This document shows positions 19,976 through 28,109 of a DNA stretch of 64,000 nt, piece after piece. The DNA is from Candidatus Latescibacterota bacterium (GTDB lineage: Bacteria > Latescibacterota > UBA2968), in the NCBI GenBank assembly GCA_965204375.1, contig OZ241986.1, forward strand, positions 3,680,001 to 3,744,000, written 5' to 3'. Each line of letters begins with the position of its first letter. Within the stretch, counting starts at the first letter, position 1. The notes under the pieces were generated by a model. It saw only the letters and a program-made list of their open reading frames with translations, ran no database searches and was not told where the DNA came from. A program made the translations under genes and the position numbers.

Positions 19976-21154
19976 TTAAAAAACCAGCGGATTTTGCTTG
20001 TCAACGATACCAAAAGCCTCTTTGATCTTTTTCCACCCAATTTGCCATAAAAAACTTCTTTCAATAATGATCTTCGCATCTAATCTCATACCATAAGCAA
20101 CGGGATATATCTGATCGCCACTGCGAACAAAGGGTTCATCGATCAATATCTTCACGGGGTATAATGTCAGTGCAGTTGCATTTGGAGGCACGACTTGATT
20201 CCGACTGGGCAATTCACTAACCCTACCACTAAAAATTTTGTAATTCATATGCGGAAACGCATGGATGTACAACTTGACATCTTGACCCATTTCAATTTTT
20301 GAAATATCCACCTCTTGCACAAAAACCCTCGCCTGCCATTCATTTAACTGCGCCAATTCCAATACCGGGCTGCCAACCGAAACCCTATCTCCTTCTATTG
20401 TTTCAATATCTGAGGTCAGCACAATTCCTGAGATTGGAGAAATGATGGTGGTTTTTCTTATCTGTTCCTGAATCCAATCGCGTTCTTGCAGGAGCTTATC
20501 CCCGACCAGTTTTAGCGTCTGGATTTCTTTCTCTCTGACAACCAAAGCATCGAGTTCAATTTCCAGATAGGTCATGCGTTGCAGGACGCGGTTGAGATTA
20601 TTTTCTTGAAGTTTTACAGGTAAAAGCGTCTCAAGAGGTCGTGTCTGTACCTCTCTCTCTTTGAGATATTTTTGATACAATTGTTGCTCCTGTAAAATCT
20701 GTTCGAGCCGGAGACCACCCGCTTCGTGTTCAAGTCGCGCCTGGTCGAGACTCGATTCTATTCTTTGCCGATCAAAAAATAATGTCTCTCTGAGTTCCTC
20801 TCTCTGTCGCTGATTAATTGCGATCTCTTTCTCAATTTTCGCAGCCTCTTTTCTCCACTCTGAAGCACCCAAAATAAAAAGCGTATCTCCTTTTGCAACC
20901 TGCTGACCAGCGTGAATAAGCACCTTCTCTATCGTGCCCACAGTCTCTGATTTGACAAATTTTTTCTCAACGGGTTCAACGTGACCAGAAGCCTCAACAC
21001 TGATTTCCATTTCGACATCCCAACCTAAAATCACAATCCCCGCAACGAGCAGAATAGTCGATGCTATAATAGACAGAATGAAGAATCTTATAAACTCAAA
21101 GCCCTTTAACTTGATCTCGTGATCAGATTCAGGCTGTTTGGTGGCTAACGCCAT
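19976..21154 (-). CDS. HlyD-family membrane fusion protein
   Basis: N-terminal TM segment, lipoyl half-motifs (GQQVAKGDTL, IISPISGIV), coiled coil. Confidence 0.9.
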   Translation of the reverse strand: MALATKQPESDHEIKLKGFEFIRFFILSIIASTILLVAGIVILGWDVEMEISVEASGHVEPVEKKFVKSETVGTIEKVLIHAGQQVAKGDTLFILGASEWRKEAAKIEKEIAINQRQREELRETLFFDRQRIESSLDQARLEHEAGGLRLEQILQEQQLYQKYLKEREVQTRPLETLLPVKLQENNLNRVLQRMTYLEIELDALVVREKEIQTLKLVGDKLLQERDWIQEQIRKTTIISPISGIVLTSDIETIEGDRVSVGSPVLELAQLNEWQARVFVQEVDISKIEMGQDVKLYIHAFPHMNYKIFSGRVSELPSRNQVVPPNATALTLYPVKILIDEPFVRSGDQIYPVAYGMRLDAKIIIERSFLWQIGWKKIKEAFGIVDKQNPLVF

Positions 21155-21252
21155 ACTGGAGACATAAAATAAGTTGCGATAACATAACGGCCAAAGCCGA
21201 TGGACTTAGAGTGGGCAAATAGACATTTAACTCACACATTTTCCGAAAACGT

Positions 21253-21948
21253 CTAAATTTCTCCACGTCTAAATTTTCTCCGGTACTGGGTAGGAGAAAT
21301 GCCATGTATCTTTTTGAAAGCCTCATACAAACGCTTTTGTTCACGAAACCCACATTTATCTGCAATTTCATAGATCCGCAATGGCGGTTTTTCCATCAAG
21401 TGCTCTTGTGCCTTTGCAACTCTGATCTCCCTCAATTTTTCCAAGAACGTCTTGCCCAAATGTTTTTTGAACAGCTTGCAGCCATAAGATCTACAGAACA
21501 GGAAATGGTCCATAAGGTCGTCAAATTTTAGCTCTGGATCGCTGTATTTCTCATTCAGAAATGATTCCAACTCTGTTTTCCACGGATATCGTGAAGACAT
21601 AGACTTTCTGATCTTCACCAGAAATTTATCTCTCATAATGGGGAATACACTTACAACCTTTCTCTCGAGGATTTCTTCGCTCAACTTCAGGGATCCAGAC
21701 CTTGCCCTGAGCAAGATATCCGCCTGAGTTTTTTCCTCCGATAGGCACGTCACAAAGTGTATCCCATCAACATCCTCTATATACATCTCGGCTATGGCAA
21801 GGTCTATCTGCTCGCTTCTTAAAATATCAAGCCCTTCTCGCCCATCTGGTGCAGTAAATACGTCATGAGGGCCATCTATCAAGAATCTTATGAACGCCGA
21901 CATAGTATAGGTTGCATGACCTATAATCAGAATTTTCTGCTTATCCAT
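21253..21948 (-). CDS. Atypical receiver + AraC HTH regulator (paralog 2)
   Basis: IYEIADKCGFREQKRLYEAFKKIHGISPTQYR; shares LKF.D, LFKKHLGKTF with 12035-12727. Confidence 0.88.
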   Translation of the reverse strand: MDKQKILIIGHATYTMSAFIRFLIDGPHDVFTAPDGREGLDILRSEQIDLAIAEMYIEDVDGIHFVTCLSEEKTQADILLRARSGSLKLSEEILERKVVSVFPIMRDKFLVKIRKSMSSRYPWKTELESFLNEKYSDPELKFDDLMDHFLFCRSYGCKLFKKHLGKTFLEKLREIRVAKAQEHLMEKPPLRIYEIADKCGFREQKRLYEAFKKIHGISPTQYRRKFRRGEI

Positions 21949-22011
21949 AGCACCAGCAGCAAGCCACAAATCTCAATGGTTGACAATTGAGATTTGGATC
22001 GTTATTTTCAG

Positions 22012-22090
22012 ATATTCTCAAGTTGCCCGCTTGAGATATTTAACCCGCCGCTGACAGATGACTTATTCAGGTCTTGTCGGCGGCTTTTTA
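22012..22090 (+). ncRNA. Two-hairpin element, copy 2; candidate cis-antisense sRNA to the regulator leader
   Basis: + strand TTGACA(21980)-N17-TATTTT upstream and terminator-like stem + U-tract at the end; convergent - strand TTGCGA-N18-TATAAT at 22120-22091. Confidence 0.5.
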
Positions 22091-22232
22091 ATTATACCAC
22101 CGCAGCCTCCTGAATCGCAATTCAAAAATATTCTTTGTATTGCTCATTTTCCCTCATATTTCTACACTTCCGAGAGAAAAATCGCCTATCTGTAATCAGA
22201 CCCACGCTTCCACGCGCCTACTTCACACTTTT

Positions 22233-22264
22233 TAGTGGATAGTGGATAGTGGATAGTGGATAGT
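22233..22264. repeat. Heptamer tandem repeat (TAGTGGA) x4.5
   Basis: Read directly from the sequence. Confidence 0.9.
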
Positions 22265-22314
22265 TCAACTGAGTAAAACGGCAGGGCCTCAAGCAAATTC
22301 ATGCCTTGAGGTAG

Positions 22315-22330
22315 TGCAAATACCGTGCCA
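22315..22330 (-). promoter_or_regulatory. Sigma54 (-24/-12) promoter
   Basis: Minus strand TGGCACGGTATTTGCA matches TGGCAC-N5-TTGC(A/T). Confidence 0.8.
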
Positions 22331-22406
22331 GACAAGCAAATAACCCGTAACTGATTGCAGGAGAGCGTATTTCTATAAAATACCGTTGAAAGGATCTACA
22401 GGTAGG

Positions 22407-22443
22407 TGTTTCAAATGAAACAGTAAGTGTTTCATTTGAAACA
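22407..22443. promoter_or_regulatory. Tandem palindromic enhancer-like sites (TGT-N10-ACA)
   Basis: TGTTTCAAATGAAACA and TGTTTCATTTGAAACA, 21 bp apart, roughly 80-110 bp upstream of the sigma54 site. Confidence 0.7.
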
Positions 22444-22521
22444 GTAGAGACTGTAATGAGGCAGGGGATTATGGAGAGATCAGACTAAAAATACCCTGAA
22501 GAACACAGGGCAGGCTGGAGG

Positions 22522-22626
22522 GTAGCGGGCGAAAGATTTTTCGCCCACCATCGGACAACCACGAGGGTTGCCCCTACAACATCAGGGCGTGATGACAAGC
22601 ACGGGCGAGGCATGCCTCGCCCCTAC
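22522..22626. repeat. Cluster of three GTAG-type REP palindromes
   Basis: GTAGCGGGCGAAAGATTTTTCGCCC (+), GTAGGGGCAACCCTCGTGGTTGTCC (-), GTAGGGGCGAGGCATGCCTCGCCC (-). Confidence 0.75.
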
Positions 22627-22663
22627 GGTTGCTTCACCCTTCATACTTTCTACTTCAAACTTC

Positions 22664-24349
22664 TCATGTCGCATCTGTCTGCTGGTGCTGGCCGATAAAA
22701 CCAATAACAACGCGCGCCTTGCTCTTGTCCCAATCAAAAGCGATTCGAATTGTGTAACGCGCATTCCTATTGCTTCCCGTTCCGATGTGCTTTTTTAGCC
22801 AATGGGTCTTGTTACCAACTTTAGTGGTGTACCAATCCTCGTACTTATTCATTGTTATATCGCTCTGGTGCCCCTTGTACCACCACTTACACGCTTTCCG
22901 AATGGACAAATCGGGATTTTTTAGACTGATCTCCCCCTGGCGCGCCCCATAATACGTGGTCGCCAACCATTGCAGCGCGTCCCACACAGCTTTGGGATGC
23001 TTGAATGGGTTATCCTCAACGCACGATTTCCCATTGAGCTGGAAGAGAAGTTTATCGTCGAATCTTTCTTTGGCAAGCTCAACAGCATCATTCACGCTCT
23101 CGATGGACAAATCCTCATCTTCACTCGAGATTGCCACTCCCTTACTCGCCTCCTCAATATAGTACCTTCTCCACCTCTCGGCCTCCTTTTGCAACTTTTC
23201 GATCTCATCCTGACGCTTGTATAATTGGCTTTGCAGCGATTCGACCTCTTCTTCATGCTCTGATTTTAACGCGATATAGTCTGCCTCTGAAAACGCACGT
23301 TGATTATCGGATTCTTGAGCGGATTGTTCCTCAGTTGGAACATCGGATTCTTGTTCTTCCTCTATCGGTGGTGTGGGAGATTCATTCATGAGCCGATCTA
23401 TGCGGTCTATAATCGGCAAGAGGCGATTCTCCAGCTTTACCCGCTTGGGCCTTCTCTCGCGTTCCTCCTCCAGAACAGGCGCGGGTTCGTGAATAGGTTG
23501 GTAATCAGTTAGCAAAGACCGCATGTTCTGAGTATCCTGAAGGACTTTTGGAAGGTCAGCATCGGGCAATAAATGCGCCGCAGACCATGACGCGAGATCT
23601 TTTTGGAAAAATTTCAGTTCCGATGAAAAAACATCCCTGACCTCAACGATCAGAGCGTCGAGGTCATTGGCTTGCTTGTATTGCGCCTTCTTTGTCTCTA
23701 TAATGGTCTGCACCGATTCGACAAAGCCCGGAATCGCCTCCCCCCACTCTGGCGCATTAGCAGGCAGTGATCTCAAATATTCGAGCCCTTGCGACAAAAC
23801 ATCGTCTTTTTTTTCTTTAGCTCCAGGTATTTTGCCCGACACATAGCACAGCATCAGCTCAATATCCTCTTTATCAAATTCGCTGTGGCGTTCAAGAATT
23901 TTGTCCGCCTCCCGCTCCCATACATCACGGAACCAGAAACCTTGGAATTGATTCTCCGAAAAATCTGGATACTCAGCCGGCATTGCCAGATCCTCGAGAT
24001 GTTTAACAACCACATCGCCGAGCGCGTCATGGGACTCCGCCCAGACCTTCAAAACCGCGCCCGTTAGTTTGTCCGATTGAGTTACAGCTTTCAGGACAGG
24101 CTCTTGTAAATAATGGGCTGGCGCGCGATCTGTGTTTTTGTACCCATCAACTCTTATGTACTCGCGTATCGCCGAGTTGAGCGCTCTCCTCGCTTCTGTT
24201 GACACCTTACGCCGTGAATCAATCGCGCGTTGGACCACAGCCTCGTGATATTCAGAATTCATAAATCCAAAGATCGTACTAATTTGCAAACTATCTGATT
24301 TCGTTATATCGCCTGAGAACATGTCTGACATTGTACAAATCTCCTTCAT
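22664..24349 (-). CDS. Hypothetical coiled-coil protein with RelE/ParE-like C-terminal domain
   Basis: C-terminal KHIGTG...YTIRIAFDWD...VVIGFIGQH pattern after a long charged coiled coil; first gene downstream of the tRNA. Confidence 0.55.
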   Translation of the reverse strand: MKEICTMSDMFSGDITKSDSLQISTIFGFMNSEYHEAVVQRAIDSRRKVSTEARRALNSAIREYIRVDGYKNTDRAPAHYLQEPVLKAVTQSDKLTGAVLKVWAESHDALGDVVVKHLEDLAMPAEYPDFSENQFQGFWFRDVWEREADKILERHSEFDKEDIELMLCYVSGKIPGAKEKKDDVLSQGLEYLRSLPANAPEWGEAIPGFVESVQTIIETKKAQYKQANDLDALIVEVRDVFSSELKFFQKDLASWSAAHLLPDADLPKVLQDTQNMRSLLTDYQPIHEPAPVLEEERERRPKRVKLENRLLPIIDRIDRLMNESPTPPIEEEQESDVPTEEQSAQESDNQRAFSEADYIALKSEHEEEVESLQSQLYKRQDEIEKLQKEAERWRRYYIEEASKGVAISSEDEDLSIESVNDAVELAKERFDDKLLFQLNGKSCVEDNPFKHPKAVWDALQWLATTYYGARQGEISLKNPDLSIRKACKWWYKGHQSDITMNKYEDWYTTKVGNKTHWLKKHIGTGSNRNARYTIRIAFDWDKSKARVVIGFIGQHQQTDAT

Positions 24350-24372
24350 TTTTATTCATAAAAAACAAACAA

Positions 24373-24397
24373 GGGGTTATGCACAAAGCATAACCCC
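24373..24397 (-). terminator. Terminator downstream of tRNA-Pro(GGG)
   Basis: GGGGTTATGC-ACAAA-GCATAACCCC followed by a T-rich tract on the minus strand. Confidence 0.75.
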
Positions 24398-24405
24398 CGT
24401 TATTA

Positions 24406-24482
24406 TGGTCGGAGCGACTGGATTTGAACCAGCGACCCCCATCACCCCAAGATGGTGCGCTACCGAGCTGCGCTACGCTCCG
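24406..24482 (-). tRNA. tRNA-Pro (anticodon GGG)
   Basis: Reverse complement CGGAGCGTAGCGCAGCTCGGTAGCGCACCATCTTGGGGTGATGGGGGTCGCTGGTTCAAATCCAGTCGCTCCGACCA. Confidence 0.97.
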
Positions 24483-24608
24483 ACAACTCGTTCGTGAATA
24501 AATTTACCCATTTTGTTAGAGACCGTCAAGATAAACAAACGATCAGCGGGCAACCCGCCACCCGCCGTCTTCGTCCCCTTCACACTTCCCACTTCCTACT
24601 TCACACTT

Positions 24609-25481
24609 CTATCTACCCGAACTCAAAAAACTCTCGGATTGCAGATCCACATCAAAAATGCGAATAAATTGATGGGGCTTTGTCGTCTCGCCGATCAACT
24701 CGGGTATGCCATCGCCATCGAGGTCCGCGTAGCCAATCTTCTCACCAAAACCATCGCGGTATTCCCACTCAACGCGCTGATAAGTCGCGCCAATAACAAA
24801 CCCGGTATTGAGCACAATCTCAAGCTCACCGTCGTCATCGAGATCGCCAACAGCCATACTCTGTGCCCACAGCCCCTGCTCGCTGCGCCATTCTAAAAAC
24901 AGATTTTTGCAATCAAACACAAACAAGCGCCCAATCTGTGCGGCGCGCTCCTGATCGAGATTATCGCGCAATCCACTCGGCGGTCGATAGCTCCGACTCT
25001 CCGCAGCATCCTCGCCGCAAAACACCAGCTCGAGTTGCGGATCGTCGTCGATATTTTCAATCACCATGGCCGAAACCGATGCAAACTCATCGTCCGTGCT
25101 TCGCCATATCTCATGAAAATCGCTGGCGCGATAAAACGCAATATCTCCAGCATGGGTATAGGCAACGATCTCGAGTTCGTCATCGACATCGATATCCAGA
25201 ACAAAAACTTCTGCAATCTCCGCTCTCAATGGCGGACTCCTCCACACCTCTCGAAAGCGTCCCTCTTGCATTTCCAACACGTAAACTGCCCCATGACGGT
25301 CGCCATACACAATGCGCGGTGCCTCATCATCTTTACCCACAATTGCTTTTACAGCTCGCATTTCGGGTACAAACCCGCCAAAAGAAATCGCGTCATTATC
25401 TTTCCAATGAAACCACGCCAGATCGGTCGCTGAAATTGTAGCTGTAAGGGCAAAGAGCCAGAGCAGAATCCTTATGACCAT
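24609..25481 (-). CDS. Secreted FG-GAP/VCBS-repeat protein
   Basis: Signal peptide; repeated DIDVDDELEIV, DLDDDGELEIV, DLDGDGIPELI motifs. Confidence 0.75.
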   Translation of the reverse strand: MVIRILLWLFALTATISATDLAWFHWKDNDAISFGGFVPEMRAVKAIVGKDDEAPRIVYGDRHGAVYVLEMQEGRFREVWRSPPLRAEIAEVFVLDIDVDDELEIVAYTHAGDIAFYRASDFHEIWRSTDDEFASVSAMVIENIDDDPQLELVFCGEDAAESRSYRPPSGLRDNLDQERAAQIGRLFVFDCKNLFLEWRSEQGLWAQSMAVGDLDDDGELEIVLNTGFVIGATYQRVEWEYRDGFGEKIGYADLDGDGIPELIGETTKPHQFIRIFDVDLQSESFLSSGR

Positions 25482-25491
25482 AGTGAACTCC

Positions 25492-26403
25492 TCAAAATAT
25501 ACTAATACTGAGATAGCGTTTGGGATTCCGCTTGATATCTTCAATAAGACTATCCACAGACGTCAGTGTGCGATCCAGATGCTCGTACACCGCTTCGTCC
25601 TTAACCAAACGCCCGACCGTACCGCGTCCGTCTCGTATCCCTTTGGAAATATCATCGAGATTGGCAAATGTATTTTGCATAGCAACCGAAGTCGATTCCA
25701 TCTGTGCCGAAATCCGCGCAAGGCGTTCCATCGTCACAGCTATATTGTTCACTGCAATGCTCAAATTTTCGCGATTATCCCGCATCAAGCCACTCGCATC
25801 GCCCGTCGCCACCGCCAGGCTGTCGAGCATCTTATCGACCTTACCCAGATTATCGTCATTCAATAATCGGTTGAGATAGTACGTGGTCGTATCAATACGC
25901 GAAAGAACGCTTTCCAGATGCGCGAGATTGTTATCACTGGCTACGCCATCTACTGCATGGCGAATTTTTTCGATCATAAGCCTGCTTTCAGACACCATCG
26001 CATCGAGGTCAGAAGCAGAAGTCCCCTCCACAACAGCGCCATCTGGAAGACGCTGTTCCGACTCTCCCAACTGAATTTCGATCATCTGCCCACCCAGCAG
26101 ACCGTCGGATTTGAGTAAAAAACGCGAATCCACGGGCAAATCTCTCACTGAGGCAAACCCGAGTGCAACAAAAGGCAGCCCATCCTCAAGGGTGATAGAC
26201 AGCACCTTTCCCACCCGCACCCCGCGAAACGTCACGGGATTGCCCACTTGAAGCCCCGGCACACTGTCAAACTTAGCATGGATGCGATATCCGCCAGCCG
26301 CACCTGCATAGCGCTCAGAGAGCCACACCGTGCCGACCACCAGAATAACGGCTGCAAAAAATACAACTGCACCCAGAATAATTTCTTGCCGACGATTTCT
26401 CAT
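25492..26403 (-). CDS. mlaD: MlaD/MCE-family substrate-binding protein
   Basis: GLQVGNPVTFRGVRVGKV and GLLG motifs. Confidence 0.9.
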   Translation of the reverse strand: MRNRRQEIILGAVVFFAAVILVVGTVWLSERYAGAAGGYRIHAKFDSVPGLQVGNPVTFRGVRVGKVLSITLEDGLPFVALGFASVRDLPVDSRFLLKSDGLLGGQMIEIQLGESEQRLPDGAVVEGTSASDLDAMVSESRLMIEKIRHAVDGVASDNNLAHLESVLSRIDTTTYYLNRLLNDDNLGKVDKMLDSLAVATGDASGLMRDNRENLSIAVNNIAVTMERLARISAQMESTSVAMQNTFANLDDISKGIRDGRGTVGRLVKDEAVYEHLDRTLTSVDSLIEDIKRNPKRYLSISIF

Positions 26404-26406
26404 AAG

Positions 26407-27150
26407 TTACCCCAACTTGCCCTGAACAAATAATTCGAAAACCTCATTGCCAGATGCCTCGACATCTTCCATTGCACCTTGAACCACTGCTTTGCCGTCA
26501 TAGAGCAGGGCAACCCGATCTGAAACGCGCCGGGCAAGGGGCATATCGTGGGTGACGACCACCGATGTCACATTGAGTTCCGATTGCAATTTCAGTATAT
26601 AGTCCCCCACAACGCTGGATGTATTTGGATCCAGACCCGTTGTGGGTTCATCGTAAAGAATAAAATCGGGTTCCATCGCAATCGCCCGCGCAAGTGCCGC
26701 GCGCTTTCTCATTCCCCCCGACAACTCAACCGGCATCTTGGCCTCTGTCCCCGCCAACCGCACGGCATCGAGACAGATATGCACGCGCTCTGCAATTTCT
26801 TCTTCGGACATCCTGGTGTGCATACGCAACCCAAAAGCCACATTCTCTTTAACCGTCATAGAATCAAAAAGTGCCGAAGACTGAAATAAAACCCCGATGC
26901 GCTTGCGCAACTCGATCAACTCGCCATGGCGAATCCGCTCCATGTCATAACCGGCAACGACGACCTTTCCCTCATCAGCCCGCTCAATCCCAATAACATG
27001 TTTTAAGGTCACACTTTTACCGCATCCACTCGGTCCCAAAATCGTCGTAATCTCAGACCGGGGAATCCACAGATCAAGCCCTTTCAGCACAGATTGCGCT
27101 TCAAAAGACTTAAACACCTCGACAAACTCAATAGCCGTTTCATTTGCCAT
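26407..27150 (-). CDS. mlaF: MlaF-family ABC ATPase
   Basis: GPSGCGKS, LSGGMRKRAALARA, YDEPTTGLDP. Confidence 0.9.
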   Translation of the reverse strand: MANETAIEFVEVFKSFEAQSVLKGLDLWIPRSEITTILGPSGCGKSVTLKHVIGIERADEGKVVVAGYDMERIRHGELIELRKRIGVLFQSSALFDSMTVKENVAFGLRMHTRMSEEEIAERVHICLDAVRLAGTEAKMPVELSGGMRKRAALARAIAMEPDFILYDEPTTGLDPNTSSVVGDYILKLQSELNVTSVVVTHDMPLARRVSDRVALLYDGKAVVQGAMEDVEASGNEVFELFVQGKLG

Positions 27151-27153
27151 AGT

Positions 27154-27927
27154 TTAATACAACAACGCGTGTGTTAAAAAATAATCGAGAATGAGAACCA
27201 GCGCAGAAGATATCACAACTGCAGCCGTAGCAGCCCGTCCAACACCCTGTGCACCGCCTGCGGTGCAAAGCCCCTTGTAAGACCCCATAAACGTCAGCAA
27301 CCCACCATAAACAACGGATTTGACCAATCCGACAAAAACATCATACACCTCAAAATAGAGCTTCATACCTTTGACCAACTCTGTAGGCGTAATAGCCATC
27401 TTGATCATCGACATACCAAACCCACAGATATTCGCGACTAAAAAAGAGTAAATCACGAGAACTGGAACCATAATCGCGCCAGCGAGCATTCGGGGCAACA
27501 TGAGATACCCCACTGGATCGACAGCCATTGACGCGAGCGCATCCACTTGCTCTGAGACTTTCATCGTGCCGAGTTCAGACGCAACGCCCGCACCCACCCT
27601 GCCCGCGAGCACGAGACCCAACAAAATAGGCGACAGCACGAGTATCACAGAGCGGACCATAAGCGCACCAACCATATAGTCGGGCACGTAATCTTCCATC
27701 TGATAGGCCGTCTGAATAGCGACCGCCATCCCGCTAAAAGCCGAAATCAGACAAACCAGAGGCAGAGAGCTAACACCAACAGCATAACACTGTTCGATAA
27801 TCTGATGTCGATAGAGGTAGAGATGCCGCATTTCCTTCACACACTGGACGCCATAGCAGAACATCTGGAAAACCTGGACAAAAAATGCGGCGAGTTGCCC
27901 ACCGAGGAATACAAATAATCGGCCCAT
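27154..27927 (-). CDS. mlaE: MlaE-family permease
   Basis: AGRVGAGVASELGTMKVSEQVDAL and GAQGVGRAAT. Confidence 0.9.
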   Translation of the reverse strand: MGRLFVFLGGQLAAFFVQVFQMFCYGVQCVKEMRHLYLYRHQIIEQCYAVGVSSLPLVCLISAFSGMAVAIQTAYQMEDYVPDYMVGALMVRSVILVLSPILLGLVLAGRVGAGVASELGTMKVSEQVDALASMAVDPVGYLMLPRMLAGAIMVPVLVIYSFLVANICGFGMSMIKMAITPTELVKGMKLYFEVYDVFVGLVKSVVYGGLLTFMGSYKGLCTAGGAQGVGRAATAAVVISSALVLILDYFLTHALLY

Positions 27928-28109
27928 ATCGAGTAAAAGCCTGAACTGAGAAAAATGAGGCGGTTAAAGGTCCAGAAAGCGTGTAGAATCTACACTCCAT
28001 TTTTGAATAAATCAACCCTTTTCAAAGCATTTGCTAAAACTGCTTTACGCAGTAAAGGCGGCCCTGGAAAAACCAGAACCGCCTTTATTACTCCGAAGAT
28101 AAGATGCTA

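Larger units (their letters stand above)
12890..24457. mobile_element. Genomic island (~11.5 kb) at tRNA-Pro(GGG), no integrase present
   Basis: Flanking tRNA direct repeats, visibly AT-rich interior, accessory gene content. Confidence 0.85.

Noticed and set aside
22233-22443. Possible CRISPR array
   Set aside because: Heptamer tandem repeat and two palindromes without spacers; no cas genes in the window.
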